From assembly GCA_052172655.1 (NCBI GenBank), contig JBQMQE010000002.1, forward strand, positions 1 to 55,064: 55,064 nucleotides of DNA, in the 5' to 3' direction. The DNA comes from Burkholderiales bacterium. Lineage in GTDB: Bacteria > Pseudomonadota > Gammaproteobacteria > Burkholderiales > SG8-39. A program made the translations under genes and the position numbers. The notes below the pieces were generated by a model that worked only from the letters and a program-made list of their open reading frames with translations, was not told where the DNA came from and ran no database searches. Below, piece by piece: positions 18,592 through 28,960 of the stretch (its first letter is position 1; each line of letters begins with the position of its first letter).

Positions 18592-19683
18592 ATGTCGTTC
18601 CTGGCCGAACCAGCCCATGCGCACGGCACGCCGGCGCGCACCGCGATCCTGCTCGTCAACCTGGGCACGCCCGAAGCCCCGACGCGCGCGGCGGTGCGCC
18701 GCTACTTGAAGGAGTTTCTCTCCGATTCGCGCGTGGTCGAAATTCCGCGGCCGCTGTGGTGGCTGATACTGAACGGCATCATCCTCAACCTGCGACCGGC
18801 CAAATCGGCGGCGAAGTACGCGCAGATATGGGACCGAGACGGATCGCCCCTCAGGGTGCATACCGAGCGCCAGGCAAAACTCCTGCGTGGTTACCTGGGC
18901 GCACAGGGTCACTCTGCGCTGGTCGTGGATTTCGCCATGCGCTATGGCGACCCCTCTATAGCCTCGGTGCTCGCCCGCTTGAAACAGCAGCGCTGCGAGC
19001 GCGTTCTGGTCCTGCCGCTGTATCCTCAATACGCCGCCAGCACCACGGCGACCGCGCTCGATGCCGTGTCCGATTGCTTTAGGCGCATGCGCAACATTCC
19101 CGAGCTGCGCATGGTCAAGCACTTTCACGACCACCCTGCCTACATCGCGGCGCTGGCCGAGGGCGTGCGCAAGCACTGGGCCCAACACGGCAAGCCGGAT
19201 AAGCTGCTGATGAGTTTTCACGGGTTGCCGCGCTACACGCTGGAACGCGGCGATCCTTACCACTGCGAATGCCAGAAGACCGCGCGCCTGCTGGCCGAGA
19301 CACTGTTGCTGGCGCCGGAACAATACCAGCTCAGCTTCCAGTCGCGCTTCGGCCGCGCCGAATGGCTCCAGCCCTATACCGCAGCGACGCTGGCGCAATG
19401 GGGCAATGAGGGCCTGCGCCGTGTCGATGTGATCTGTCCGGGTTTCGTCGCCGACTGCCTGGAGACACTGGAAGAGATAGGCATGGAGGGCAGGGCCGAA
19501 TTCCTCAAGGCAGGCGGCAAGGAGTTCCACGCCATCGCCTGCCTCAACGAGAGCGATGCCTGGATCCAGGCGCTGGCGCAAATCGCCCTCGAGCACGTGC
19601 GCGGCTGGGGCGAGCCCGCCCCAGGTGCGGACGAGCTCGAGCGCTCGCGCGTGCGCTCCAGGGCGCTGGGCGCGCCGGCCTAG
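18592..19683 (+). CDS. hemH: Ferrochelatase
   Basis: The real start is the ATG at 18592 within ORF 18421-19683. [31 protein letters not shown] matches E. coli HemH. Confidence 0.9.
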   Translation: MSFLAEPAHAHGTPARTAILLVNLGTPEAPTRAAVRRYLKEFLSDSRVVEIPRPLWWLILNGIILNLRPAKSAAKYAQIWDRDGSPLRVHTERQAKLLRGYLGAQGHSALVVDFAMRYGDPSIASVLARLKQQRCERVLVLPLYPQYAASTTATALDAVSDCFRRMRNIPELRMVKHFHDHPAYIAALAEGVRKHWAQHGKPDKLLMSFHGLPRYTLERGDPYHCECQKTARLLAETLLLAPEQYQLSFQSRFGRAEWLQPYTAATLAQWGNEGLRRVDVICPGFVADCLETLEEIGMEGRAEFLKAGGKEFHAIACLNESDAWIQALAQIALEHVRGWGEPAPGADELERSRVRSRALGAPA

Positions 19684-19692
19684 GATAGTCGC

Positions 19693-19723
19693 CGCTGGCT
19701 CGCGCGCATCGCGTGAGCCAGCG
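19693..19723 (+). terminator. Hairpin after hemH (9-bp stem cgctggctc/gagccagcg) without a clear T-run
   Basis: The inverted repeat was read directly. The lack of a U-tract lowers confidence. Confidence 0.3.
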
Positions 19724-19808
19724 CTAGACCCGCTTGCCGCCCCCTGCCTCGCCCGCCTGCGGCAGCCTCGGGCGTGCTCGCTTTGCATGCACCGAATCGT
19801 GCCCTCCA

Positions 19809-19836
19809 CTTGAAATGCACTGACCTGCCCCCATCT
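19809..19836 (+). promoter_or_regulatory. Sigma32 (RpoH)-type heat-shock promoter for grpE: CTTGAAA-N13-CCCCATCT
   Basis: Near-perfect match to the E. coli sigma32 consensus CTTGAAA / CCCCATnT, about 30 nt upstream of the grpE ATG. Confidence 0.65.
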
Positions 19837-19869
19837 GTCCAGAGGTTATTGGAAGACTAGAGGCAAGTG

Positions 19870-20430
19870 ATGGCGGATCAAGAACCTGACTATTTCCAAG
19901 CCGCGGCGGCCGAGAATGCTGCCGCGCCTGCAACCGCTGCCGATCCCGGGGCGAAGGAAGAAACGGCCCCCAGTCTGGAGGAGCAGCTGCGTCTGGCCGA
20001 GCAAAAGGCGCAGGAACACCTGGAGTCCTGGCTGCGCGCCAAGGCCGAAACCGAAAACCTGCGCAAACGCGCCCAGGCCGACATCGCCAGCGCGCACAAG
20101 TACGGCGTGGGAAACCTGGCCGAAGCGCTGTTGCCGGTGCGCGACAGCCTGGAGGCCGCGCTGGCGATTGAAAATATCACGCTGGAGAGCCTGAAAAGCG
20201 GCGTGGAACTGACCTTGAAGCAGCTCAACGCCGTGTTCGAAAAGGCCGGCCTCAGGGAAATCAATCCGGTCAACGAGAAATTCGACCCGCACAAGCATCA
20301 GGCCATGACCATGGTGGAGCACCCGGGCGAAGCCAACCAGGTGGTGGACGTGATGCAGAAGGGCTACCTGCTGCACGAACGTGTCATCCGTCCGGCCCTG
20401 GTGACGGTTTCGAAGGCAAAGGACGCTTGA
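19870..20430 (+). CDS. grpE: Nucleotide exchange factor GrpE
   Basis: The ATG at 19870 has AGAGG 6 nt upstream. Typical acidic N-terminus, coiled coil and C-terminal FDPxxHQA..V..GY motif. Confidence 0.9.
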   Translation: MADQEPDYFQAAAAENAAAPATAADPGAKEETAPSLEEQLRLAEQKAQEHLESWLRAKAETENLRKRAQADIASAHKYGVGNLAEALLPVRDSLEAALAIENITLESLKSGVELTLKQLNAVFEKAGLREINPVNEKFDPHKHQAMTMVEHPGEANQVVDVMQKGYLLHERVIRPALVTVSKAKDA

Positions 20431-20453
20431 AGCGCAGCGATTCAACCCCACAT
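20426..20453 (+). promoter_or_regulatory. Second sigma32-type promoter, for dnaK: CTTGAA-N14-CCCCACAT
   Basis: Overlaps the grpE stop codon. There is one mismatch in the -10, which lies about 36 nt upstream of the dnaK ATG. Confidence 0.5.
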
Positions 20454-20488
20454 TCCTGACAAGCATTTCATTCATCGAGGAACACACT

Positions 20489-22414
20489 ATGGCTAAGATC
20501 ATCGGCATCGACCTGGGAACGACCAATTCCTGCGTCGCCATCATGGAAGGCGGGCAAACCAAGATCATCGAGAATTCCGAGGGTGCGCGCACCACGCCGT
20601 CGATCGTCGCCTACCAGGAGGACGGCGAGATCCTGTGCGGCGCCTCGGCCAAGCGCCAGGCCGTGACCAACGCCAAGAACACGCTGTATGCGGTCAAGCG
20701 CCTGATCGGCCGCCGCTTCGAGGAAAAAGAGGTGCAGAAGGACCTCGACCTCATGCCGTACAAGATAGTCAAGCACGACAACGGCGACGCCTGGGTCGAA
20801 GTGCGCGGCAAGCGCATCGCCCCGCAGGAGGTTTCCGCCCAAGTGCTGCTGAAGATGAAGAAGACCGCGGAGGACTACCTCGGCGAACCGGTGACCGAGG
20901 CGGTGATCACCGTCCCTGCCTATTTCAACGACAGCCAGCGCCAGGCGACCAAGGACGCCGGCCGCATCGCCGGGCTGGAAGTAAAGCGCATCATCAACGA
21001 GCCGACCGCGGCCGCGCTCGCCTTCGGCGTGGACAAGCAGGGGGGCGACCGCAAAATTGCGGTATATGACCTCGGCGGCGGGACTTTCGACATATCCATC
21101 ATCGAGATTGCCGATGTCGAGGGCGAGAAACAGTTCGAAGTGCTCTCCACCAACGGCGACACTTTCCTTGGCGGCGAGGACTTCGACCAGCGCATCATGG
21201 ATTACCTTTGCGACGAGTTCAAGCGCGACCAGGGCATAGACCTGAGGAAGGACGTGCTCGCGCTGCAGCGCCTGAAGGAGGGCGCGGAGAAAGCGAAAAT
21301 CGAGCTCTCGTCCTCGCAGCAGACCGAGATCAACCTCGCCTATATCACGGCCGATGCGAGCGGGCCCAAGCACCTGTCGATCAAACTCACGCGCGCCAAG
21401 CTGGAGAGCCTGGTCGATGAGCTGATCGAAAAAACCGTGGCGCCGTGTCTGACCGCAATCAAGGATTCCGGCATCAAGGTTAGCGACATCAGCGACGTGA
21501 TCCTGGTGGGCGGCATGACGCGCATGCCCAAAGTGCAGGACAAAGTTAAGGAGATTTTCGGCAAGGAACCGCGCAAGGACGTGAACCCGGACGAGGCGGT
21601 GGCGGCGGGTGCGGCGATCCAGGCTTCGGTGCTCTCGGGCGAAAGGAAGGACGTGCTGCTGCTCGACGTCACACCGTTGTCGCTGGGCATCGAGACACTC
21701 GGCGGCGTGATGACCAAGCTGATCCAGAAGAACACCACCATCCCGACCAAGGCGCAGCAGGTATTTTCCACCGCGGATGACAACCAGACCGCGGTGACCA
21801 TACACGTGCTGCAGGGCGAGCGCGACATCGCTTCGGGCAACAAGAGTCTGGGCCAGTTCAACCTCGCCGACATCCCGCCGGCGCCCCGGGGCCTGCCGCA
21901 GATCGAGGTCGCCTTCGACATCGACGCCAACGGCATCCTGCATGTGTCGGCCAAGGACAAGGCCACGGGCAAGGAGAACAAGATCAAGATCCAGGCCTCG
22001 AGCGGCTTGAACGAGGAAGAAATCCAGAAAATGGTCAAGGACGCCGAGGTCCACGCCGAAGAGGACAGAAAGGCGCTGGAACTGGTGAATGCGCGCAATC
22101 AGTGCGAGGCGCTGGTGCACTCGGTCAAGAAATCGCTCACCGAGTACGGTGACAAGCTGGATGCGGGCGAGAAAGAAAAAATCGAGACGGCGATCAAGGA
22201 AACCGAGGCAGTGCTCAAGTCCGAGGACAAGGCGGCAATCGACGCCAAGTCGCAGGCGCTGGCGCAGGTGGCGCAAAAGCTGGGCGAGAAAATGTATGCC
22301 GATGCCCAGGCCGCCGAAGAAAAAGCGGCACCGGGCGGCAAGAGCGAGGCCAAGTCCGACGAAAGCGAGGTGGTCGATGCCGAATACACCGAGGTCAAGG
22401 ACAGCAAGAAATAA
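20489..22414 (+). CDS. dnaK: Molecular chaperone DnaK (Hsp70)
   Basis: [17 protein letters not shown].., [19 protein letters not shown]; 641 aa. Confidence 0.98.
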   Translation: MAKIIGIDLGTTNSCVAIMEGGQTKIIENSEGARTTPSIVAYQEDGEILCGASAKRQAVTNAKNTLYAVKRLIGRRFEEKEVQKDLDLMPYKIVKHDNGDAWVEVRGKRIAPQEVSAQVLLKMKKTAEDYLGEPVTEAVITVPAYFNDSQRQATKDAGRIAGLEVKRIINEPTAAALAFGVDKQGGDRKIAVYDLGGGTFDISIIEIADVEGEKQFEVLSTNGDTFLGGEDFDQRIMDYLCDEFKRDQGIDLRKDVLALQRLKEGAEKAKIELSSSQQTEINLAYITADASGPKHLSIKLTRAKLESLVDELIEKTVAPCLTAIKDSGIKVSDISDVILVGGMTRMPKVQDKVKEIFGKEPRKDVNPDEAVAAGAAIQASVLSGERKDVLLLDVTPLSLGIETLGGVMTKLIQKNTTIPTKAQQVFSTADDNQTAVTIHVLQGERDIASGNKSLGQFNLADIPPAPRGLPQIEVAFDIDANGILHVSAKDKATGKENKIKIQASSGLNEEEIQKMVKDAEVHAEEDRKALELVNARNQCEALVHSVKKSLTEYGDKLDAGEKEKIETAIKETEAVLKSEDKAAIDAKSQALAQVAQKLGEKMYADAQAAEEKAAPGGKSEAKSDESEVVDAEYTEVKDSKK

Positions 22415-22436
22415 AGCATGAGCAGCAAGGCAGTGA

Positions 22437-22467
22437 GGGGCGAGGCGTGACAGCCTCGCCCCTTTTG
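22437..22467 (+). terminator. Rho-independent terminator/attenuator between dnaK and dnaJ
   Basis: ggggcgaggc (22437-22446), loop gtgaca, gcctcgcccc (22453-22462), then TTTT. Confidence 0.65.
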
Positions 22468-22510
22468 CCGTTGCCTCCTCACTCCTAACCCCTCACTCCC
22501 CACTGAATCT

Positions 22511-23638
22511 ATGGCAAAGCGCGACTACTACGAAATACTGGGCGTCAATCGCGACGCGGACGAAGACGCGATCAAGAAGGCCTATCGCAAGCTCGCGATG
22601 AAACACCACCCGGACCGCAATCCGGAGGACAAGGGCAAAGGGGCGGAGGAGAAGTTCAAGGAGGCGAAGCAAGCCTACGAGATACTCTCCGACGCCGACA
22701 AGCGCGCCGCCTACGACCGTTACGGCCACGCGGGCGTCGACCCGTCAGTCGGGGCCGGCGCGCACGGCGCGGGATTCTCCAATTTCGCCGACGCCTTCGG
22801 CGACATCTTCGGCGACATCTTCGGCCAGACGCGCGGCGGACGGTCGAATGTCTACCGCGGCGCCGATCTGCGCTACAACCTCGAGATCGCGCTGGAGGCA
22901 GCCGCGCACGGAACCGAGACCAAGATACGCATTCCCACCATGGACGAATGCGCGACCTGCCATGGCTCGGGTGCGAAGCCAGGGACTCAGCCCAAAATCT
23001 GCCCGACCTGCAACGGACAGGGCCAGGTGCGCATGCAGCAGGGATTCTTCTCCATCCAGCAGGCTTGCCCAAAATGTCACGGCACGGGCAAGGTGATTTC
23101 CGACCCCTGCACCAGTTGTCAGGGCGCCGGACGCGTGAAGCAGCACAAAACGCTGTCGGTCAAAATCCCGGCAGGCGTGGACGAGGGCGACCGCATCCGC
23201 TTGAGCGGCGAGGGAGAGCACGGCGTCAACGGCGGGCCGCCGGGCGACCTGTACGTGCAACTGCACCTGAAACCGCATCCGGTGTTCCAGCGCGATCACG
23301 ACGACCTGCACTGCGAGATGCCCATCAGTTTCACCGTTGCCGCACTCGGCGGAGAGATCGAAATACCGACGCTCTCCGGCGCCGCCAGGGTCAAGATTCC
23401 GGCCGAAACCCAGAGCGGCAAGATATTTCGCCTGCGCGGCAAGGGCATCAAGGGCGTGCGCAGTCACGCCCAGGGCGACCTGCTGTGCCATGTGGTGGTT
23501 GAGACCCCGGTGCATCTGACCGAGCGGCAAAAGGAGCTGCTGCGCGAGTTGGAAACGATCAACGTGACGGATTCGGACCGCCATAATCCGCGGGCCAAAT
23601 CCTGGATGGACAAGGTGAAAGAATTCTTTGCTGAATAG
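22511..23638 (+). CDS. dnaJ: Co-chaperone DnaJ
   Basis: J domain ([13 protein letters not shown]), G/F-rich region and 4x CxxCxGxG zinc finger; 375 aa. Confidence 0.96.
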   Translation: MAKRDYYEILGVNRDADEDAIKKAYRKLAMKHHPDRNPEDKGKGAEEKFKEAKQAYEILSDADKRAAYDRYGHAGVDPSVGAGAHGAGFSNFADAFGDIFGDIFGQTRGGRSNVYRGADLRYNLEIALEAAAHGTETKIRIPTMDECATCHGSGAKPGTQPKICPTCNGQGQVRMQQGFFSIQQACPKCHGTGKVISDPCTSCQGAGRVKQHKTLSVKIPAGVDEGDRIRLSGEGEHGVNGGPPGDLYVQLHLKPHPVFQRDHDDLHCEMPISFTVAALGGEIEIPTLSGAARVKIPAETQSGKIFRLRGKGIKGVRSHAQGDLLCHVVVETPVHLTERQKELLRELETINVTDSDRHNPRAKSWMDKVKEFFAE

Positions 23639-23803
23639 CAAAGAATTCCTGACGACCTCCTGCACTGCGGAGGTGCGCGCTGCGCGCCGACGGGTTGTCG
23701 TCCGCGCAAAATCGCAACGCTGCAACAACGTGGGCGCGATTTCAGTCGCCACGCATCGGATCGGTCGTGCGTCCCCGGCACGACAGTTAATGGCGCATGA
23801 AAC

Positions 23804-25222
23804 TCAAGCGCGGCGCCACGTCGTACCTTGCGGCGTATCCTCGAGCACGATACCGGCATCGAGCAGATCCTTGCGGATGCGGTCGGCTTCGGCATAGTTC
23901 CTGGCCTTCTTTGCGGCCGCGCGCTCCTGAATCAACGCGGCAATGCGCTCGGCGCAATAGCCGCCGAGTTCCGCGCTGACAGCCCCGTCCTCGGCGGCGG
24001 CGGCGCGAACTCCACCTTCCTGGGGCCGTTGCAGGAATTCCATTGCATCCCTTTGCAGCAGCCCGAGCACGCCGCCCAGGGAACGCAGCAGCCCGGCTTT
24101 GCGCCGGTCCGCCGCCTTGTTGACCTCGTTTGCCAGATCGAACAACACGGCAACGGCTTCGGGTGTATTGAAATCGTCGTCCATTGCCGCGCGAAAGCGC
24201 GCCGCGTGCGCGTTGCTCCAGTCGATGGCGCACCCATCGCGCGGCGCGTCTTTCAACGCCGTGTACAGACGCGTCAGCGCGCTCTTCGCTTCGTCCAAAT
24301 GCCGGTCGGAATAATTGAGCGCGCTGCGGTAATGCGCGCGCAGGATGAAAAACCGCACGACCTCCGCATCGTATTGCTTCAACACCTCGCGAATGGTAAA
24401 GAAATTGCCGAGCGACTTGGACATCTTCTCGTCGTCGACGCGCACAAAGCCGTTGTGCATCCAGTAGTTCACGAAACCATCGCCGTGCGCGCCCTCCGAC
24501 TGCGCGATCTCGTTCTCGTGATGGGGGAATTGCAGGTCCTGGCCTCCGCCATGAATGTCGAAATGCACGCCGAGCAACTTGCACGACATGACCGAGCACT
24601 CCAGGTGCCAGCCGGGGCGACCTGCGCCCCAGGGCGATGCCCAGAACGGCTCGCCCTCCTTGGCCCGCTTCCACAGGACGAAGTCGAGCGGGTCGTGCTT
24701 GCTTGCATCGGCTTGGACGCGTTCGCCCGCGCGCAACTCATCCAGCGTCTTGCCCGAGAGCTTGCCGTAGCCGGGAAACTTGCGCACGGAGTAATTGACG
24801 TCGCCGCTCGCCGCATGATAGGCCAGACCCTTGGCCTGCAGCACCTTGATCATCTCCCGCATGCCGTCTATATGCCGGGTGGCTCGCGGCTCGTGATCGG
24901 GCTTTTGCACCCCCAGGGCCGCGGCATCCTCGTCCATGTAGGCGATGAAGCGTGCGGTGAGCTCGCCTATGGTCTCGCCATTCTCGGCGGCACGGCGGAT
25001 GATCTTGTCGTCAATGTCGGTGATGTTGCGTACGTAAGTAAGTTCAAACCCGGAAGCTCGCAGCCAGCGCTGCACCATGTCGAACACCACCATGACGCGC
25101 GCATGACCCAGGTGGCAGTAATCGTAGACGGTCATGCCGCATACGTACATGCGTACCATGCCCGCCTCGATCGGGACGAAATCCTGCTTGCGGCGGGCAA
25201 GGGTGTTGTATATCTTCAGCAT
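23804..25222 (-). CDS. cysS: Cysteine--tRNA ligase
   Basis: MLKIYNTL.., the HIGH-type motif HLGHAR and KMSKS. The ATG at 25222 is preferred over the TTG at 25228. Confidence 0.95.
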   Translation of the reverse strand: MLKIYNTLARRKQDFVPIEAGMVRMYVCGMTVYDYCHLGHARVMVVFDMVQRWLRASGFELTYVRNITDIDDKIIRRAAENGETIGELTARFIAYMDEDAAALGVQKPDHEPRATRHIDGMREMIKVLQAKGLAYHAASGDVNYSVRKFPGYGKLSGKTLDELRAGERVQADASKHDPLDFVLWKRAKEGEPFWASPWGAGRPGWHLECSVMSCKLLGVHFDIHGGGQDLQFPHHENEIAQSEGAHGDGFVNYWMHNGFVRVDDEKMSKSLGNFFTIREVLKQYDAEVVRFFILRAHYRSALNYSDRHLDEAKSALTRLYTALKDAPRDGCAIDWSNAHAARFRAAMDDDFNTPEAVAVLFDLANEVNKAADRRKAGLLRSLGGVLGLLQRDAMEFLQRPQEGGVRAAAAEDGAVSAELGGYCAERIAALIQERAAAKKARNYAEADRIRKDLLDAGIVLEDTPQGTTWRRA

Positions 25223-25331
25223 GCGCAAAAAGCAGCCAGAATGCGGTCGGATGCGCCGCGCTTTCCGCGTGAAGGCGGCGCCACCGCCGAAACTTTGGCA
25301 GAGGCCTCTATTGTGGAGGTTCGGGTGTTCT

Positions 25332-25340
25332 TGTTAGAAT
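25332..25340 (+). promoter_or_regulatory. Extended -10 element TGtTAGAAT upstream of the TPR-protein gene
   Basis: An AT-rich hexamer in an otherwise GC-rich spacer, 39 nt before the ATG at 25379. A possible -35 (TTGTGG) lies 18 nt upstream. Confidence 0.35.
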
Positions 25341-25378
25341 ACAAAGCTAATCTTACTGGCGTCAGAAAGTATAACACA

Positions 25379-26449
25379 ATGCACCACCTCCTTCGCCGCA
25401 TCGCGGTCACCCTAAGTCTTGCATTGGCTGCGGCCGCCGCCCACGCCGACGAGTTGCAGGACATCAATCGCATGATGAGGCAGGGCCAGTTGCCGCAGTC
25501 CCTGGAACGCGTCGACAAATACCTCGCCGGCAAACCGCGCGATGCGCAAGGGCGTTTTCTGAAAGGTCTGATTCTGACGGAGATGAACCGCCCAAGCGAG
25601 GCAATCCAGGTGTTCTTGAAGCTGACCACGGACTACCCCGAGCTGCCCGAGCCGTACAATAATCTGGCAGTCCTGTACGCATCGCAGGGTCAGTACGATA
25701 AAGCCAGGGCCGCGTTGGAAAGCTCGATCCGCACGCATCCGAGCTACGCCACCGCGCACGAGAATCTGGGCGATATTTACGCCAAGCTCGCTAGCCAAGC
25801 CTACGATAAGGCGCTGCAACTCGATTCCTCCAACACCGGCGCCAAGACCAAGCTGGCCATGATAGGCGAGATGATCGGCGGCGGAACGCGCACTGCCCGC
25901 GCCTCTGCGCGCGCTGATCCGGTCAATACGGCGGCGGCCCCGGACAAGCCAGCCGATAGCGGCAACGCAAGCGCGGTTGCGAGCGCCAAATCGGGCGCAG
26001 AATCCAAGGCCGCTGAGCCTAAGTCCGCTGAGCCTAAGTCCGCTGAGCCTAAGTCCTCTGAGCCCAAGGCCGCCGAGCCTGCAGCCAAGGCCGTCGTAGG
26101 CCAGGGCGCTGAAGCCGACGAACTGATCAAGGCCGTGCAGGACTGGGCCGGCGCCTGGTCCAGGCAAGACGTATCCGGCTACCTCGCGCATTACGCCAGT
26201 GACTTCAAGACGCCCAAGGGCGAGTCGCGCGGCGACTGGGAGAAAGCGCGCAGGCAGCGTGTCAGCGCGCCGAAGAAAATCGAAGTGGAAATAAAGTCGC
26301 CCAAGGTCAGCATCAACGGCGACAACGCCGCCAGCGTACGCTTCTACCAGGTTTACCGGTCCGATATAATCAAGGCCTCGGGAACTAAAACGCTGATCAT
26401 GGTCAAAACCAATGGGAAGTGGCTAATACATGAAGAGCGAGTCAACTAA
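25379..26449 (+). CDS. Secreted TPR-repeat protein with a (A/S)EPK(S/A) linker repeat and a C-terminal NTF2/SnoaL-like domain
   Basis: This is the real part of the chimeric ORF 23828-26449. It has a signal peptide (..AAAAHA/DE), TPR motifs (YNNLAVLYASQGQYDKARAALE.., ENLGDIYAKL) and a C-terminal domain similar to that of the next gene. Confidence 0.8.
   Translation: MHHLLRRIAVTLSLALAAAAAHADELQDINRMMRQGQLPQSLERVDKYLAGKPRDAQGRFLKGLILTEMNRPSEAIQVFLKLTTDYPELPEPYNNLAVLYASQGQYDKARAALESSIRTHPSYATAHENLGDIYAKLASQAYDKALQLDSSNTGAKTKLAMIGEMIGGGTRTARASARADPVNTAAAPDKPADSGNASAVASAKSGAESKAAEPKSAEPKSAEPKSSEPKAAEPAAKAVVGQGAEADELIKAVQDWAGAWSRQDVSGYLAHYASDFKTPKGESRGDWEKARRQRVSAPKKIEVEIKSPKVSINGDNAASVRFYQVYRSDIIKASGTKTLIMVKTNGKWLIHEERVN
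25997..26086 (+). repeat. In-frame 15-bp tandem repeat: 3 perfect copies of gctgagcctaagtcc plus about 3 degenerate copies
   Basis: Perfect copies at 26012-26026, 26027-26041 and 26042-26056. They encode AEPKS repeats. Confidence 0.9.
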
Positions 26450-26452
26450 TTG

Positions 26453-27646
26453 ATGCAGTTGCGGCGCGGATTCTCGAACACGTTACTCGCCGGGGCGCTG
26501 GGCCTCGCCAGTGCTTTCTTCCCCTCACCGTCCCCCGCACAGGCGGACCAAAGCGCCGATGACCAGCTGGGCAAGGTGTTCGAGGAGATCGAGGGCAACC
26601 ACCTCGATCTGGCACTCAATCAGGTTGAAACCCTGCTCCGGGCCAAACCCAATTTTCGTCTGGCGTACCTGATCAAAGGCGACCTGTTGCTGGCCCGAGG
26701 GCGCGAGCTCAAGACTTTCGGCAATGCGCCTCCCGGTTCGAGCGGACGGCTCGATGACCTGCGCGCCGAGGCGCTGGTCCGACTGCATGCCTACCGCGAC
26801 CGCCCATCGCAGGACCGGGTGCCGCGCTACCTGATGCAACTGCGTGAGGATCAGCGCTATGCCATCGTCGTCGACAACAAGCGCTCGCGTCTGTACCTTT
26901 ATCAGAACGAGAACGGCCGGCCACGCTTCGTCGCAGATTATTACATCAGCACTGGCAAGCGCAGCGGGGAGAAAACGCGCGAAGGAGATGAAAAGACGCC
27001 CGTAGGCGTGTATCACGTCACTGCCAGCCTGCCCAGAAACAAGCTCTCTGATTTCTACGGCAGCGGCGCCTTCCCCATCAGCTATCCAAACGAATGGGAC
27101 AAGCGCCACGGAAGGAACGGCCATGGCATTTGGCTGCACGGCACACCGAGCGATACCTACAGCCGCGCGCCGCGCGCCAGCAACGGCTGCGTGGTGCTGG
27201 CCAACGCAGACCTGGACGCATTGTCCAACAAGCTGCAAATCGGACTCACGCCGGTGATCATCAGCGAACAGGTCGAATGGCTGTCGCTGGATGACTGGAA
27301 CGCCGAGCGCAATGCGCTCAATGCCGAAATCGAGCGCTGGCGCAGCGACTGGGAAAGCCTGGATACCGAACGCTATCTGACCCACTACTCGAACAAATTC
27401 TCCGCCGAGCGCCAGAACTTCGCCGATTGGGGACGACACAAGCGCCAGGTCAACAGCGGCAAGAGCTGGATCAAGCTGACTCTCTCCAATTTCAGCATGT
27501 TCCGCAATCCGGGCAACGAGGAGCTGGTAGTAGTGACCTTCGACCAGGATTACCGCTCGAACAACCTGATCAACACGATGAAGAAGCGCCAGTACTGGAC
27601 CAAAGAAGGCGGCAAGTGGCGCATCATTTACGAAGGTGCGGCGTAG
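26453..27646 (+). CDS. L,D-transpeptidase family protein (YkuD domain) with a C-terminal NTF2/SnoaL-like domain
   Basis: Signal peptide, then the YkuD catalytic region HGIWLHGTP..SNGCVVL. It starts 3 nt after the upstream stop. Confidence 0.85.
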   Translation: MQLRRGFSNTLLAGALGLASAFFPSPSPAQADQSADDQLGKVFEEIEGNHLDLALNQVETLLRAKPNFRLAYLIKGDLLLARGRELKTFGNAPPGSSGRLDDLRAEALVRLHAYRDRPSQDRVPRYLMQLREDQRYAIVVDNKRSRLYLYQNENGRPRFVADYYISTGKRSGEKTREGDEKTPVGVYHVTASLPRNKLSDFYGSGAFPISYPNEWDKRHGRNGHGIWLHGTPSDTYSRAPRASNGCVVLANADLDALSNKLQIGLTPVIISEQVEWLSLDDWNAERNALNAEIERWRSDWESLDTERYLTHYSNKFSAERQNFADWGRHKRQVNSGKSWIKLTLSNFSMFRNPGNEELVVVTFDQDYRSNNLINTMKKRQYWTKEGGKWRIIYEGAA

Positions 27647-27668
27647 CTGCTTTGCTCGCCCGCCGGCC

Positions 27669-27696
27669 GCGTCCTGCGCTAGTCAGCGCAGGACGC
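27669..27696 (+). terminator. Perfect 11-bp GC-rich hairpin after the L,D-transpeptidase gene
   Basis: gcgtcctgcgc / gcgcaggacgc with a 6-nt loop. The T6 run comes only about 18 nt later (27715-27720), so this is non-canonical. Confidence 0.4.
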
Positions 27697-27786
27697 GCGC
27701 AGAAAACCGAGTGCGTTTTTTGTACGCTCTCTGCGTCCGCCGAGGTTGTGACCAGTGTATATCCGTATTGAATAAGGGCTAGAAAC

Positions 27787-28362
27787 ATGCGCTCGTTCCC
27801 GCTTCTGATATTGGGCATCCTGCTCTGGTCGGCGCAGGCGTCTGCCGCCAACCCGCAGGTTGAAATGAAGACCAGCGCCGGCACCATACGCATCGAGCTT
27901 TACGCCGACAAGGCGCCGAAATCGGCGGCCAATTTTCTGCAATATGTGAGGGACGGTTTTTATGACGGCCTGGTTTTTCACCGGGTCATCGACGGTTTCA
28001 TGATCCAGGGTGGCGGCTACTATCCTGACCTTAGGGAGAAGAAAGGCGCTCGCCCGCCGATCGAAAACGAGGCCGGTAACAGGCTGAAGAACCAAGTCGG
28101 CACCCTCGCCATGGCGCGCCGCCCGGATCCGCGCTCGGCCACGGCGCAGTTTTTCATCAACGTCGCCAACAACCCTTTCCTCGACTTCCGCGAAGCTACT
28201 CCGGTCGGTTTCGGCTACGCCGTGTTCGGCAAGGTAACTCAGGGCATGGAGGCAGTGATGCGCATCGCGCGCATGCCTACCGGTCCAGGTGGCCCTTTCG
28301 CCAAGGACGTGCCGCGGCAGCCGGTCGTCATCGAATCCGTCACCCTCATTACCGACAAATAG
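27787..28362 (+). CDS. ppiA: Periplasmic peptidyl-prolyl cis-trans isomerase (cyclophilin A type)
   Basis: Signal peptide followed by [14 protein letters not shown]. Confidence 0.9.
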   Translation: MRSFPLLILGILLWSAQASAANPQVEMKTSAGTIRIELYADKAPKSAANFLQYVRDGFYDGLVFHRVIDGFMIQGGGYYPDLREKKGARPPIENEAGNRLKNQVGTLAMARRPDPRSATAQFFINVANNPFLDFREATPVGFGYAVFGKVTQGMEAVMRIARMPTGPGGPFAKDVPRQPVVIESVTLITDK

Positions 28363-28372
28363 CGAGCACATC

Positions 28373-28864
28373 ATGGTCAAACTGCACACCAACCACGGCA
28401 CCATCACCCTGGCACTCGACGCCGCCAAAGCCCCCGAGACGGTGGAAAACTTTCTCTCCTATGTCAGAAGCGGGCACTACGACAATACCGTGTTCCATCG
28501 CGTCATCGACGGTTTCATGATTCAGGGCGGAGGCTTCGAACCGGGCATGAGGCAAAAGCCGACGCAGGCACAGATACAAAACGAAGCGACCAACGGCCTC
28601 AAGAACGAGCGCTACACTGTCGCCATGGCGCGCACTTCCGACCCGCACTCGGCCAGCGCCCAATTTTTCATCAACGTCAAGGACAACAGCTTCCTCGACC
28701 ATAGCGCGCCGACGCCGCAGGGTTGGGGCTATTGCGTGTTCGGCAAAGTGGTCGAGGGTATGGACGTGGTGGACAAGATCAAGGCCGTCAAAACCGGCAG
28801 CGGCGGCGGTCATCAGGATGTCCCCGCCGAAGACGTGGTGCTGGAACGCGCTGAAGCGGTATGA
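28373..28864 (+). CDS. ppiB: Cytoplasmic peptidyl-prolyl cis-trans isomerase (cyclophilin B type)
   Basis: The ATG at 28373 lies within ORF 28289-28864. [29 protein letters not shown]. Confidence 0.9.
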   Translation: MVKLHTNHGTITLALDAAKAPETVENFLSYVRSGHYDNTVFHRVIDGFMIQGGGFEPGMRQKPTQAQIQNEATNGLKNERYTVAMARTSDPHSASAQFFINVKDNSFLDHSAPTPQGWGYCVFGKVVEGMDVVDKIKAVKTGSGGGHQDVPAEDVVLERAEAV

Positions 28865-28960
28865 ACACCGGCCCCGCGCGCGCAATGCAGGACGCGGGCT
28901 GCGGCAGGCCGGCGGTCTGATCCTTTCCTTGCGCATTTTGCGCCGTAGCCGCCGGCCCGC

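Noticed and set aside
23828-25378. The N-terminal 517 codons of the 873-aa ORF 23828-26449.
   Set aside because: This part is the antisense shadow of cysS. Only the segment from the ATG at 25379 (signal peptide, TPR motifs) looks like a real protein.
25997-26086. Short tandem repeats considered as a possible CRISPR or minisatellite locus. The same applies to 42980-43084 and 41195-41545.
   Set aside because: The repeats are directly adjacent with no spacers. They are in frame within ORFs and encode Pro/Lys/Ala or acidic linker peptides, and there are no cas genes.
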